Notes: generated by a model from the letters alone, not told the origin. A stretch of DNA of 64,000 nt from Tubiluchus corallicola (GCA_030141605.1 JAQGDQ010000409.1:124616-188615); one strand, 5' to 3'; shown: positions 1-13,502, numbered from the stretch's first letter. Translations and numbers: made by a program.

Positions 1-159
1 CTCACAGTCGTGGCGTTCTTATTCGTCAGCTTTACTCTCTCACCGACATTCTGCTAAATGGCTACGCTGAGCAGGTAGCTACTGACATGCCCGACGACCA
101 GTGTCGCCATCTGTGGGAACGATACGAAACGACACGTTACGAACTTCTGTCTCCATTTT
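1..159 (+). CDS. NUP133: Nup133 internal exon (5' end outside window)
   Basis: Translates HSRGVLIRQLYSLTDILLNGYAEQ...RYELLSPF, similar to Nup133 'EQLVALIDCFLDGYVSQ...RSDLLSPL'; GTAAGC donor at 160, phase 1. Confidence 0.88.
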
Positions 160-872
160 GTAAGCGTTTTGATTATTGTAGTCGAACGGGCGAGCATTTG
201 TAATTTAGTTGTTGTTGCAAGTGCAGTTTTAGTTTTTTACGTGTTTTTTTTAAATTTGTGTCAGGCTGCAAAACATAATTTTAGCTAAAAAGTAAGAGTC
301 CCAGTCTGTTTTAGTTGAAAGCTGTTTTTTTTTATATTTTTCTCTGTCTCTGTAATCTTTATCTGTTTATTCAATTTTTCACTATTATGCAAAATTATTT
401 CTGGTTAAAATCCACCACAATTTATTAAACAGCTCAATTTTTTGTAAAAACTTATTTTGCTTTTAACAAACATTGACAATGCGCTATTTTTCTTCAAGAA
501 ACGAATAACGTTAAAAATTGAAAATAGCTGGAAATGATTGCGACTTAAAATGATTTTACTAATTACACGAAGCGCTTATCATAGTTTTATTACTAAATTC
601 TTCTAACGTTTTTCGGGAACATTGAAATAAACCTAACTTTGCAGAAGGCTTGACTTTTCCTTTAAAACGTGGTTCAATTCTGTGGTGTACATCAAGTTTT
701 CTTGTTTTCACAATGCATTTACATAAGGGAGTTATAAAGTGAAGTTTGGATTTAATAAACTTTGGATTTTATTAGCTTAATATATTATACAGTTCCGTTC
801 CAGCAATAGTGGCCAAATAAGTGGCTGGATTTATTATCCTTGGATTTATTAAGTGGATTCTGCTGTAATAAG

Positions 873-1371
873 CAATGGCCGTTCATAGCTAAAATTAGTG
901 GGGATGCTGCTTCAGAAAATTTTTAGACATTGTTTTAATCTTGTGTAAAATGAAACAAACGTAATTTTAATGGTGTAATTTGTAATTGTAATTTTAAACA
1001 AACAAATGTACGAAAATTTTGACATAAACTTGATAAAATCCTAAACAAAAATTTTTTGCTTACTAATAGCCTAAATTGTCGCAGTTCAAGCTTGATCCAT
1101 TTACAGTAAGCACGTGACAACTTTCAACAAACAGTACTTTCTTTACCTAGCTCGATATGTGTGTATGGCCGCATGCACACAACAGCCAAACATCGCGTTG
1201 CTGGAGCGCAGTGTGCTGGGCTGTGAAACAAACAGTACTCCTCTCATGTATAAGGGTACTGAACAAGTATAAAGAAAGAACTAAGTAAAAAAGACTTGGA
1301 TATTATCAATAATATTGAGTGAAAATAGGGGGTGCTGTCGTTCCTCAGTACTTATAGACAAGCTGCCACTG
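873..1371 (+). mobile_element. Interspersed repeat family D (GCCACTG end, probable DNA MITE)
   Basis: About 500 bp, highly similar to 11147-11682; both end in GCTGCCACTG; no TSD found. Confidence 0.65.
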
Positions 1372-1413
1372 GTCATGACTTTACATAAAAACTGTAATGT
1401 TATGTGCAAAATG

Positions 1414-1668
1414 TTTATGCACTAACATGTTCTTCATATTCTTTATGCACTAACATGTCCTTCATATTCTTTATGCACTAACATGTCCTTCATATTCTTT
1501 ATGCACTAACATGTCCTTCATATTCTTTATGCACTAACATGTCCTTCATATTCTTTATGCACTAACATGTTCTTCATATTCTTTAAGCACTAACATGTTC
1601 TTCATATTCTTTATGCACTAACATGTTCTTCATATTCTTTATGCACTAAAATGTCCTTCATATTCTTT
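1414..1668. repeat. Minisatellite, 9 x 28 bp
   Basis: Unit TTTATGCACTAACATGTYCTTCATATTC, just upstream of a Nup133 acceptor. Confidence 0.95.
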
Positions 1669-1718
1669 GTTTCTTCTAATGCAGAAATTTGACCACCGGT
1701 TTTTTGCAATGTTTGCAG

Positions 1719-1852
1719 TGAAACACAAGTTGTTCGAAGAGGCAACAGTGTTGGCTGAAAAATACCAGGATTTTAGGATTTTGCTTGAAATTTGCGACAC
1801 CACAGATAACCAGGAACAGTTGGAAAAATACACCACAAAGTTTGCTCAGCAG
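1719..1852 (+). CDS. NUP133: Nup133 exon
   Basis: TTTGCAG acceptor, GTGAAG donor; KHKLFEEATVLAEKYQDFRILLEICDTTDNQEQLEKYTTKFAQQ matches the Nup133 '[24 protein letters not shown]' motif. Confidence 0.93.
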
Positions 1853-2315
1853 GTGAAGTGTTTGTTTTTCCTGAATTTTAGGGAATTATTGTAATCACCG
1901 TTTTTATATCTATCCTGAAAGTGGGCCAAAAACTAATTCATCATAAGTTGGTGGAATTGTGCACGCAATCAATATAGAGTTTGAATTGACTACATTATTT
2001 ACTTCTAATATAATTTTGTTCATATAAATAAGTCTCTTCACACTGAAACTGTTTATTTTGTTCTAGCATTAATAAACCAATTAATTTACAGTATGCTATG
2101 GTGAAAAAACTTTTCCTGTCTGTGCTCCGCATTTCTCGAATAACTTACCTGTTGTTATACATTCTGTAAATTCATTAGATTGTTTTGTTTTGGTTAACTG
2201 TTTATGATGAATTCGTTTTTATTTTTAATGTATTTTAAATTATAATCTTTCTTACAAATTTTAAATGCATTTTGTTGTTCAGCGTGCTGAAATTTTAAAT
2301 GATGCGGTGCGTTAA

Positions 2316-2978
2316 AGCACAAGAAAACCCTCCACTTATATAAAGCTTAAAAAATTCGTCTTGAAAATTTATACCACTTACATACTGTTTTTTGCATGCT
2401 GGGCTTGCGTCGGCAGTAATGCTGTATAAAACTTGTAAATTTAAACGCCCGCGATGACCATCAGGCACAGCTATTTTGATGATAGGTCGTTTGAAACAAG
2501 TTTTGATAACATTGCATGACGTTTCAAAAATAATCAGAGCATTTGTAGCACATGTTACTAACTAAGTAAAATTTTAAATTACCGTATCTTGTCAATAAGA
2601 TTAAAAATATGTTTTTTTGGTTAGTGATTGGTGCACCGTGGAGGGTGAGTCAGCGACATTTTACCAATTGGCACGAACATTTTAAATTATTATTTCTAGT
2701 TACATAAGTCTTTCCAGCAAGTGTTATATAAGTGAAATACTAAGTAATATAACTTTGAAATATAGGTTAACATTACCTTTTCTTCCCCTGATTTATGTTT
2801 GCGTAGGTGACGGCATGTAATGGCGCCATCGGAACAGTATCGCGAGAGATTTAAAATGAAAATAAACAAAAAAACCTTTTCAACGCAAGTACGATATACG
2901 CATAAAATTGTTGCAAAATAATATAATTTTTCAAGGCAATTTTCTGAAACCTACTTCAGGTACCCCTTTTCTTGTCCT
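2316..2978 (+). mobile_element. Non-autonomous DNA transposon (MITE) family A, TTAA TSD, Kolobok-like
   Basis: ttaa|AGCACAAGAAAA...TTTTCTTGTCCT|ttaa; full inverted copy at 36222-36894; fragments near 15150-15440, 23099-23360, 35290-35815, 42830-43350 and 53375-53720. Confidence 0.8.
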
Positions 2979-3067
2979 TTAAACAAATAAATTTTTCATT
3001 CATTCATTCATTCATTCATTCATTCATTCATTCATGTAAATCACCGTAATGTTGTCGTTTGTTTTAG

Positions 3068-3226
3068 AATTTCTCACACTTCATGTATGACTGGTATCTA
3101 AAAGAGGGTAAACAAGCAAAACTCATGAAACAAAAGTCAGTTCACAACGAACAGCTTGGAGAATTTCTGCACAATTATGATCAGCTCGTGTGGCTTCATC
3201 ATATCAATACCAACAACTATTTACAA
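3068..3226 (+). CDS. NUP133: Nup133 exon
   Basis: TTTTAG acceptor, GTAAGT donor; NFSHFMYDWYLKEGKQAKLM...LVWLHHINTNNYLQ, similar to '[20 protein letters not shown]...LSWLHEI'. Confidence 0.93.
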
Positions 3227-4754
3227 GTAAGTGTCACCTGGCTTTAAGCTAGTCGAATTCTTTAAGCCTTGATTTTGATTTTATGTAAAAACAGACCAAC
3301 TGCATGTGTGGATGCCCCAGTCCAGGCAAAGAAACAGTAAAAATCAGCATTGAACTGTGCAATAGACCTGCAATTTATTAAAATAACAGATCACAGAAAG
3401 TGCCAAAGATTAATTACTATTTAGACAAACTGAAAAAAATCTGATTTGAGAAGACTGAAACACAAATTATTACTTTATGATTGCAAAGATTTGAAGCAAT
3501 TTCTGGCGATTTTACGTGATTAACTAATTATTGAAGTAGATAGCGACTTACATTTACTGGTGACAACTTTGGCTTGACAATACGACTAATGACTGTTAAA
3601 TTATAACAAAATAAACAAAGTAATTCGGATATCACTAAGCGGCGTGATCAGCATGGCAGCAACAGTAGATCTGGCTACGTGTAAAAAAAGCGTGACTGGT
3701 AGGTGGCATAAACTACTAAATTAAAGCATGGGTCACATGACTAAGACTGGCTCGTTTCAAACAATTTGAAGTCTACGAATGCACAAGCAAATGATTATAC
3801 AAGACTAAATTAATTTACTTGTCAGTGACAGTACATTTCTTTAACAAACAACCATGATTATAATGAAAACAAAGTATTGTGAAGATATATTGTTCGTGTG
3901 TTTATTGTATCATTTTACTTGGATCGTTGTGAAGTTTACATTTCACGCTTTAGCATAGATGATTAAAATGGAGTTTAAAAAAGCCCTTCAAACACAAAAA
4001 ATTAGTGCAGTGTGGTTAAAGGGGCACCAACTTAAAGCTATTTCTGTTTCTTGTCAATAGATGTCACCATGCTATGTGTAATATTCTATTACTAGCACTG
4101 TTTACTGCTGCAAACTACTAGATTACTATTAAACTACAATACCGCGAGTACAAAATGAGAATCAGTTTGGGGGTAAAAAGCTCCATTTTGTCAAAAAGAA
4201 ATGAAACGGGGTCAAAATATGTACCTGTAATCACTTAATATTAATTACAGTATGAGGCTTATAAGTCTAGATTCGTAAAATTCTGGTTTCAAAAAATCAT
4301 AAAATTAGGTTGTATAGAAAATGCCCTCTCTTTTACGTTCCGTGTAGCACTCTACCATCGAATAAATTTAACAATAAACGTTACCTTTGCGAGGGGGGAG
4401 ATGGGCATCCCCCCAAACAAGACAGACAACCTGCAAATAATAAACGCAGACAAGAGAAAACAAATGCTTCAGATACATGGATTAATCAGAAGTCTAAACC
4501 CTTTTATTAAAACGTATAGATATACAAAATAACACAAACTTTGCAAAAATATTAACGCAAAAACGGTTTTCTTTCCATCTGCTAAAAAAGTAGTTCTCAA
4601 CCGCTCCACCTCCTTGCCAAATAATTCCACATAAAAAATGAAGAAAATTGTTGTTCCCTACATTCCTTGCTAATAAGGTTCTTAACTGATTCGAGGAGGT
4701 TCTTGTTAAAAATATTACAACACCATTAGGTATCGAACTTCAAATTAATCTTAA

Positions 4755-5290
4755 AGCAAAACCAGACCCGATCTTAAACTGTAGGTCAAAATAATCTACT
4801 CTTTAAAATATTGAAATGAAACACACTATTTTTTCAAAAATGACTTACGTGAAAGAACTATTATCACACAAACGCAATTTCACATTCACGCCACTAGTTC
4901 TTCGTTGTTACATGCATTTCGCCATTTGCTAGTTAGACGGGCACTAGCGCCTGCATTTTGGAATCCATTGCACAAAAAACAGGTGCTGTACATCTCAGTT
5001 CAGATATTTTTCGTTTGTGACGAACTGTACACGTTCGACAGCTCATGCGAGAGCACAGCAGTAAATTGAATTTTTATCTTAAAACTTACCTAGTTTTAGT
5101 ACAACACACTGACTCTCTTACAGTAGCACTGTACTTCAAGTTTCTGTTTTGCAATCACTTGCAACACGCGTGTGGAATATTTTTGCTGTTAACTATCAGA
5201 AACGCTTTTGCAGTATTAATTGTGTTAAAATGTGTACTTTTTATCGGACTTGAAAATGGGGTAGCATATGAAAAATCACTCTGTCTTCCT
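4755..5290 (+). mobile_element. MITE family B, TTAA TSD, Kolobok-like
   Basis: ttaa|AGCAAAACC...GTCTTCCT|ttaa; homologous to 8618-9185, 20812-21409 (inverted), about 19170-19475, 23360-23876 and 39118-39516. Confidence 0.8.
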
Positions 5291-5319
5291 TTAAGTGGGA
5301 TAGCACATTGAAAGGGTTA

Positions 5320-5850
5320 CTGCTAAAGCATTTTGACAAATTTTCATGGTCTCTGTACTAAAAAGATATGGGGCTTGTACGTCAGACCTAGTTCATGTCT
5401 GTACAACTTACATTCGCCCTGTTAGAGTATGCTTCTGTTACTTGAAGCAGTTTTTAAATCAAATTGCCAGTATTGAAAACATTCAAGAAAGAATTTGTTG
5501 AATCATTTTTGGCAAAGATTTTATTTCTTGTGATGATGCTTTACAACCTGATTACTCTGAAAAATCGTAGAGAAAAATTGACTTGTAATTTTGCTTCTAA
5601 CATAATCCACTGCCTCAGACACTTGCTTCCTGCTTCACATCTTAGTGTAAGCAATCGTATTACTCGAAATTCTAATAAACTAGTCATGGCTAAAATTTGA
5701 ACAGAACTTAACAAACATTCACCAATGCATATTGTAATTAGAACTATGAATAGTAATAAGGATTTCTTTCTAAATGATATAAAAGATTTATTGTTTGAAT
5801 TCGTTTTAAACTGTTTTATTGACGTTGTGATGTTATTCCCGCAAAAATTT
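5320..5850 (+). mobile_element. Degenerate non-LTR retrotransposon (LINE) 3' fragment
   Basis: Frameshifted remnant containing LLEYASVT, typical of the post-RT region of CR1/Jockey-group ORF2. Confidence 0.5.
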
Positions 5851-5914
5851 ATCTTGTAATGCAATGTATCTTATGTGTTTTTACTCTTTTTTTCTATTTT
5901 TATTGTGTTCACAC

Positions 5915-6315
5915 AAGGGGGAGCATTCTCTACCAGAAGGCGAATTCGAATGGAATCGTATTTGTGACTTTCAAATTCTAATCGGACCGAATTTCAGTAT
6001 TTTGAATCTGATTCGAATTCGAATTGAGTTTGAAAGATTTTCGAACAAGTTTTCGAAGCACTAGTAAAAAGTGGTCTTACAAAGATCGTGCATATTACTT
6101 GATTTTGTTCTGCAGTAACCACTATTAGTTTATTAAAAATTTTGTCCAGAAATCGCAGCTAAATTGTGCTAATTGCACGCCGTTTCAAACGTTTTAATGA
6201 TAAAGAACATGCGTGGCTAAAGTGCTGAATTATTCGAATCTAATATAATTTTAGGTTCGCATACGAAGTAAAAAACTCGTTCGAATAAAATTCGAACATT
6301 CGATGCTCACCCCTA
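5915..6315 (+). mobile_element. hAT-like MITE family C, rich in TTCGAA palindromes
   Basis: TIR AGGGG(T)GAGCAT / ATGCTCACCCCT; near-perfect 8-bp TSD gttcacac/attcacac; copies at about 13503-13886 and 17710-17909. Confidence 0.75.
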
Positions 6316-6505
6316 ATTCACACCTTGTATTCGGTTTTACTGCTATGTGACTTTTAATAAAACTCATTATTTATTTATGTATATATTTATTTGGTAAGGA
6401 GAAAACTTGAGTAGTAACAGTGTCAACAACTTTCTATCTGGTTAGTGCATGGCTGGGTGACTGCTAGCAAATTTTATTTCTTTGAAAAATGTTTTATTAT
6501 TTTAG

Positions 6506-6641
6506 GCTAGCAAAGTGCTGAAATCGCTCGGAATGCAGGAAGGAGATTATCTAACGAAGAAGAAGACTCTGTTAAGTTTGAGCAAGCTAGCAATGCTATG
6601 CAGCGACGAAACGCCCGAAACTGTGGATAAAGTTGTGGAAG
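6506..6641 (+). CDS. NUP133: Nup133 exon
   Basis: TTTTAG acceptor; ASKVLKSLGMQEGDYLTKKKTLLSLSKLAMLCSDE matches 'KKKTLLGLSKLAALASD'; phase-1 GT donor at 6642. Confidence 0.92.
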
Positions 6642-8254
6642 GTTTATTGTCATTTTCATAGATTTAAGAAAAGAGAAATTTTCTAGGTTGATTTGGATTT
6701 TAAATTTGGGCTGGCGTTTGTTAAAGGAAACCCGGACGATTGTATAGTTATTAGTTCAAACTAAATAATGCTCAAAAATATTTAAAACTTCAACATTTTT
6801 TTAAAACAAAGTTTAGATTAAATGATAATTACCTCGGATAGTTAAATTTTCTTAAATTTTCAAAGCTAAACGCGACTCAGCGAATCCACTAAGACTGGCA
6901 ATGATGCCTTTTTTCGCATTGGCGTGGCCAATAAATAGGCGTTGTACCCTGATAAGCATGTTCATGAACTGCAGTGTTCGTCAGTCTGACTTTCGACTCA
7001 TTTTCGTGACATCACATCAGTGTTTTATAGCAATCTTCGCTTATGCAAACATACTTGATGCTCAGGGAAGATGCCTGCCATTGCGTAAACTGTGGTTAGT
7101 TTGTGATGTAAGCGATAGCTTGGTTCGGTTGCCATTAATTAACCTTCCAATGTAATTATTAAAATATTAGAAACCATTGCTAACTTTTATAGGCAAAAAA
7201 TCTGTGTTCGACAGTAAATTAAAACGAGTCCAATCAATCATCCTGTTTTCTTTTAAGAGCAAAATAGTGCCTTAAAATGTACGCGTGAGAAAAACGCAGC
7301 TCGCCGAAGTTCAAGTTCGTTGGATTGAACGTTTTGAACGACACTTTATTTTGTCCAAAATAAACATAAACTTCTGAACTATCACATCATTGTGACTGTA
7401 AAAATTGACTGTTTGCTTGACAGACTCACAGACAAATGTGCAACTGCAGTGCAAAGCAAGAAAAAAGAATATTAAAAAAAAACAAAGCAACAGCAAACAT
7501 GCAAACAAATAAGGAACAAGTGTTAACAAATTTAAGCAGAAAAAGACTTGACATTAAATCATTACATCACTACAGGACAAAGGCAAAATTTACTAATTGA
7601 CAAACTTTTTAAACTCCCCAGATGAGCATGCACCTGTACATGCATGTATGCCTACACAAAACCAAATATGCACCCACTTTAAATAGTTACTAAAAATCAA
7701 TAATTTAACCACGATGTTGCAAAATAATCACCATCCAAGACTACAAAAGTAACATATAAATTATTGCAAAGTTCTACATGAAAAATAAGCAGAAAATGCA
7801 CTTACAAACATTTGAGGGTTGTCAAGGAATTTTCAGAAATCAACAGAGACATACTGATCTATAACAGCAGAATACTGAGACACACAACTACAGGCATCTG
7901 TACAACTAAAAACAGGATTTTACCCTATTCAAAGCCTGTCTAACATTTCATACTAGAGCACCCACGCATATTAAACAAACACGCCTACATGTAATGCAGA
8001 ATAACCATGCTTTACAATATTCATATCTGGCTTCACTATACACACCCAAGCCCGGGAGATAAGAGTGACATTAAAATAATATTATATTTGCATAACTTCA
8101 CTTTTCCTGCCAAATAACTTGATTTTTATACTTAGTCAGTGCATACATATCAACATATTTCTACTGGGCTGTTCCTTTTGAAATGCCCTGTATCAGATAG
8201 ATGTGTTTTATGATTAGTGAAAGAGTAAAGCCAACGATGATGTTTCCATTTTAG

Positions 8255-8367
8255 AGCTAAACGAAGCTCAGGATCTGATTCTAGCACAAGAAACTTTACC
8301 AGACGAAGTTCGTATTGAGGAAGGGTTGGATACCGACCGTGTCCTCTCTCCGCAAGAGCTCATACAG
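8255..8367 (+). CDS. NUP133: Nup133 exon
   Basis: TTTTAG acceptor; (E)LNEAQDLILAQETLPDEVRIEEGLDTDRVLSPQELIQ, similar to 'LLHQETLPEQLL...VLTAPQLI'; CAG|GTAAGA donor. Confidence 0.92.
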
Positions 8368-8536
8368 GTAAGATTCGTCTGACCTTCACTGAAGGGTTGA
8401 ATACTGACCGTGTCCTCTCTCCACAAGAGCTCATACAGGTAAGATTCGTCTGACCTTCACTGAAGGGTTGAATACTGGCCGTGTCCTCTCTCCACAAGAG
8501 CTCATACAGGTAAGATTTGTCTGACCTTCACTGAAG
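8320..8536 (+). repeat. Tandem repeat, 3 x 71 bp, spanning a Nup133 exon/intron junction
   Basis: Units start at 8320, 8391 and 8462; each contains CAG|GTAAGA. Confidence 0.95.
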
Positions 8537-8617
8537 TGCAGATGTTTTGTTTGTTAGTGTTGTTTAAAATAGCCAAAATTTTAAAACCAGTGTTGATTAA
8601 TTTTTGCCTCTCGTTGA

Positions 8618-9185
8618 AGGAAAACCAGAACCAATCTTAGTCTATAACTCAAAACAATCCACTATGTAAAATACTGAAATGGAACATGCGATTTTTTAAA
8701 GAATGGCTTACTTGAGAGTAACATTGCGTTTCCACTACTAGTTCTTCACTGTTACATTCATTTCACCATTTGCTAGTTAGATGGGCGCTAGAGACTGCAT
8801 CTGTTGTGCAAAATACAGGTGCTGCAGGTCTCATTTCAGAGGTGTTAGTTTGTGACATAGTGCACATGTTCAAGTGCTCATGCGTGATCACAGCGGTGAA
8901 CTTGAAATTTAAATTTTAAAGTTAAATTTGCCGAGTTTTTATATATCACTCTGAATGTTGTATAGTAGCACTGTCCTTCTATTTTCAATTTGGTAAACAT
9001 GTGTGACACGCTCACGAAGTGTTTCTGGTTTTGAAAATTATGTTCACTAGTGATATCAGCACTAGTTAGGCTCCCTGGTCATTAATTAAGTTTTTAACCC
9101 ATTATTTAATTATCGGAAGCACTTTGGCATTATTATAGGTATTAAAAACTACACTACAAAGTGGGGAAAATCATCCCGTTTTCCT
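8618..9185 (+). mobile_element. MITE family B copy
   Basis: AGGAAAACC...GTTTTCCT|ttaa; colinear similarity with 4755-5290. Confidence 0.75.
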
Positions 9186-9229
9186 TTAAGTTGTGTTAAT
9201 CTTCAAAAATTCATTTTTGTGTTTTTCAG

Positions 9230-9310
9230 TTGTACGTTAGCAGCAAGAATCATCGAGCATCGGAAATTGACTTTAGGAAAGCTTTGGATATTTTACAATT
9301 TGTTGACAAG
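9230..9310 (+). CDS. NUP133: Nup133 exon
   Basis: TTTTCAG acceptor, GTGAAT donor; LYVSSKNHRASEIDFRKALDILQFVDK, similar to '[26 protein letters not shown]'. Confidence 0.93.
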
Positions 9311-9505
9311 GTGAATGATTAAATGTGATGCCATACACACATAAGTTAATTTGTAGATATTTGTCCTAATAGGGACAGTTGCTGAAAGTTTTTTTCAATT
9401 TTTTCGACAAAGTCGATTTTTAATTTGTCTAGGTTATCAAATACATATCAAATACACGAAATTATGTATACTTTAATTATCTAACTAATTAACTATTTAC
9501 TGTAG

Positions 9506-9653
9506 GATAGTGCCGATTACGAAGACCTAAAATTGCAAATTTGGACGTTGGCCATTTTGAGAGATGATTGGTCGGACCTGGAGACTCACGAACCTTTAGA
9601 AAGTTGTAGAAAGACAGTTTTCTTCAAGACAATTGAAAAGGCTTATATTGACG
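9506..9653 (+). CDS. NUP133: Nup133 exon
   Basis: TGTAG acceptor, GTATGT donor; DSADYEDLKLQIWTLAILRDDWS...PLESCRKTVFFK, similar to 'DLKLEILCKALQRDNWS...DSIFVK'. Confidence 0.92.
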
Positions 9654-10335
9654 GTATGTAAGAGAAACTGAGCTGTCAGAGTGTATGTCATCGGCTATCA
9701 AGCCAAGCAACATTAGGTTTAGCTAGCAAGTAGAAGGGAGACTGAAAAACTGTCTACGACATTGCTACAGACATTAAAGTTATGTTTAAATCTGGTAGAT
9801 GGCTCTTCCAGACAAAGATCTTTGCTTGGCAACATAAAAAAACCTGAAGCAGAATGACTGTTTCCAGGAGATACTATTGGAATTTGAAAATAGGAGTTTT
9901 TTTACAATTGCATTACTAGGTTCTAGACGGAAAAGTGGGTACATTGTTATAAAATTAAGTTTTTAGTGTTTTTTGAACACTTTCTTGATAATTTGATGCT
10001 CGTATATAGAAGTCCAATGTATTCACCATTGGTTTTTATAAAACTCGAAAAATTGACATTTGACCGAATTTCTGGGTCTTTGAAGCGTCACAACGTAGTT
10101 TTAACTGTGCTGACTTATGGATAGTTTTGGTTTGCAGGCACAAATATAATACTTAATATTACAGACTTTTTTTATTTGATTTGGTGAGAATTTTTGCCAG
10201 AAAACTTTTTTATTTCAATGCTTTTATTTTTTCTGTTAAAGATTAGGAAGGGTTTAAATCTATAACTGTAATTAATCATTGAATTTTGGTTAAATTTGTA
10301 TCATAATGCTGACCAGTATTATGCTTTTGCTGTAG

Positions 10336-10481
10336 GATTTAACGTTGCCGAGATTCTGCCTCCGTACCAAACACTCTTGGATACGGGTCGACTAGGAGAG
10401 TTGAGTAGCAATAAGACATTCCTGTATTTGCTCACTGCTGGTTACGAACACATGCAACGAATTTTTTCTAGTAATTTGTAA
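10336..10481 (+). CDS. NUP133: Nup133 terminal coding exon
   Basis: TGTAG acceptor; GFNVAEILPPYQTLLDTGRLGELSSNKTFLYLLTAGYEHMQRIFSSNL*, similar to the Nup133 C-terminus 'YLPEVKDLL...FEFVLKANYE'; splice phases of all eight exons are consistent. Confidence 0.92.
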
Positions 10482-11146
10482 TTATTGTAAGATCATTTTC
10501 TCTATTATATTGAAATTTCAGTAAGTTTAAGATAATGATAAATAGATCTGCTTAGATACATGAAAAGAGTTGATGAGTTTGATTTTTCACTGAAAATAAT
10601 TTTTATTTATTTATACAATCAAGACAACGTCTGTAGACAAGTAAAAATTAAGTATTCAATGTCTAAAAGCTTGAACATTTTTCATTGCATTTTTCTTATA
10701 CATATATATATACACACACACACATATATATATATTATTTATATAAAATCTTTATTGCATAAGTTGTACACATTTACAGGTATGATAAAATACATGAAAA
10801 TATTATATGTATAACCAGTCAAAGACTGTTGTAGGCAATAGTGTTAAACTAGTTAAAAAATTTTACAAAGAGTTTATTTTTTAAAAAATTGAATAAGAGG
10901 TAAAATTTACATAGTATAAAATTAAAATTGAATTACAAAATATAACTCCACAAATTCACATCGACAATGCATATGCAGAAAACGTTTATTTGTCTTGTTA
11001 CGGTGAATTTATAGCTATTTGCACTTTGTGTTTGTTGCAAACTGAAGCATTTTGCTCTGTTATTTTAGAAACTTTTTATTTTTGGTTTTAGTACTGAATT
11101 CAGGCAAAAACATTAATCATGAACTACAGTTTGTATTTACGTCATC

Positions 11147-11683
11147 CAGGGGGCTCTTAGCTAAAATTAGTGGGGTGCTGCTTCAGAAAATATTTAGTCG
11201 TTTTAATATTGTACAACATAAAGCAAACATGTAATTTTATTGTTGTAATTTGTAATTGTAATTTTAAACAAACAAATATACGAAAGTTTATACATAAACT
11301 TGATAGATCCTAAACAAAAAATATTTTTGCTTACTAACAGCCTAAATTGTCACAGTTCCAGCTTCATCCATTTACGGTAAGCACGTGACAACTGACAACA
11401 AACTGTGTGAGCAATAGTACTTTCCTTACCTAGCAACACACGCTAGCAGTGCAGCGTACAGTGTCTTATCTCAGACCATATGCACACAACAGCCAAACAT
11501 CGCATTGCTGTAGTGCACTATGCTAGGCTGTGAAGCAAACGGTTCTACCTTCACGTGCTCTGGTTCCGCACGAGTATAAAGAAAGAACTAAAGAAAACGG
11601 ACTTATTATATTGAATATTATCCATAATATTGAGTGAAAGGGGTGCTGCAGTTACACCAGTACCTATACACGAGCTGCCACTG
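11147..11683 (+). mobile_element. Interspersed repeat family D copy
   Basis: Colinear with 873-1371 (AGCTAAAATTAGTGGGG...GCTGCCACTG). Confidence 0.65.
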
Positions 11684-13502
11684 TTATTCAGTGTAGAAAA
11701 GTAACCAATTACATTGACTTCTTACACTCTAAGAACTCTGCACAGTTTTGTTTCCATGTTTTTGGCTTTATGGTTAGCTAAGCAATGGCAAGAATCATAA
11801 TATAAAACTTTTCGTTTTTTCCTACAGCACATGCTTAAAATTAAAATTTATTTCCGTTTTGTTTTTGCAATACTCTACTATCGATACTGGTGGTTTAGTA
11901 GTCTCATTTTAATTACGGTACTAAAACTTGGTAGAGAGCTCTGATGCAGTTTTTTGAACTCTGTACTGCATTCCATTATATTAGAATTAGATGACATTTC
12001 ACTGCATTGCATTGCACTATATCATATCAGCAGTTAGGTTTTCACAATTATTATCATTCTCAGACAATTTTTTTTTTGTAAACACATTTAATTTTCATCA
12101 CCTTTTGGTATACAGAAGAAAACTTATTAACATATCTTAGGAATATTTTATTTTAATACACATAATTATATAATTAGAAAACAAGTGTTATGAAAGTGAT
12201 GGAACATGGTACGAGTGGTCATGGCGAAATGGTTCCTCCAAGCGGAAATCATCCATACAACAGCGATAAATAAAAGATCGCCCATATTGTAAGCGTGTGA
12301 GCAAAGTTAACAATGTTTGTGCTGTCTGGTTTTTTCCTTGTTACTTAGAGTGATAATTCATTTGAAAGCTGTTTTTTGTGATAGCGTTGTGCACATTTTG
12401 AGCAGAACAAGCCAAACAGGCCAAATTTCACGATTTACCAGTATGCAGTAGTTCGCGAGATTAGGAGCTTATATACTTGGTACTTTTTGGTTTAAACCTG
12501 TACTGTTTCTATACTAGTATTGTAGTGTAAAATTAGCTAAGCCTGAGCGATTAATTCTCAAATGTTTGGTATGTGCTTAGGTACCTTACCATAATGGTAT
12601 AGGTATTTTATTATTATTATAGGATCACTGTTTTAGTGGCGCCCTTACACTTCATTCAGCTTTCAAGGGCAGTTCCTTGCAAGTTGCTATTCAAGTTAGT
12701 ATTAGCAGTTGCGCATGCGCCGATGCGACCTTGGTAAGCGACTTCTGATAATGAAAGAAATGAACTAACTGCTGTACATATGATGAGCAAAAATTTAGTA
12801 GCAAATAAATATTTGCCTCTTGAAAAAATAGCTTTTTTAAACCATTAACAATAATTTTTGGAGTTGAGTATTACGGTATATCATAATATTTTGTAAAAAC
12901 ATTATGTACCACAGTATACTGCAGTATGCTCAAGCCAATATGTCTAGTATATTAGTTGGCTACGCAATTTTTTAGGCCTGTTATATGAGTTAATGTATTT
13001 ATTGTCAACAATCTTAAAATAAGATGGGTGAAAGTGTTTAAAGTAACCTAAAAATGATAAAAGTCTTTGCAATTACATTTATGGATAAACTGGTAAAAAA
13101 ACTTGATTATAATCATCACCTTTTAAAATTTGCATGAAATAAGCTAATCTCGACTCTGAATGTTCACCGTTGATTATACTGAGCACTTGGTTTAACTTTC
13201 TGAATCGCGTACATAAACAGCGATATAAACATGCGTTTAAATTATAAGATACAGCTATTATCCAAGCTCCCCTGTTTACAGTCTAACATGCATAATTTCT
13301 TGATACTGCCTAACTGAAGGCAGTCATGCAAAGTGTCAATTGTTTTTACACTTGAAATGTTGCCGTCATCTTAAACTTTGAAATTTTCTCCCATGCACAT
13401 TTCAATTATGAATGCACAATCAACACTGTACTTGGATACCTGGTAGTAATCTTCTTGTATACATTGGTCCAGTAGTAAACTGGGAATTTGGGTTTGTGAC
13501 TG

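Noticed and set aside
1414-1668. 28-bp repeats of CRISPR-like length
   Set aside because: Head-to-tail with no unique spacers, inside a eukaryotic intron, and no cas genes
12170-12275. Short GC-richer segment with small open frames (for example KCYESDGTWYEWSWRNGS on the + strand)
   Set aside because: Under 35 codons, with no partner exons or recognisable family
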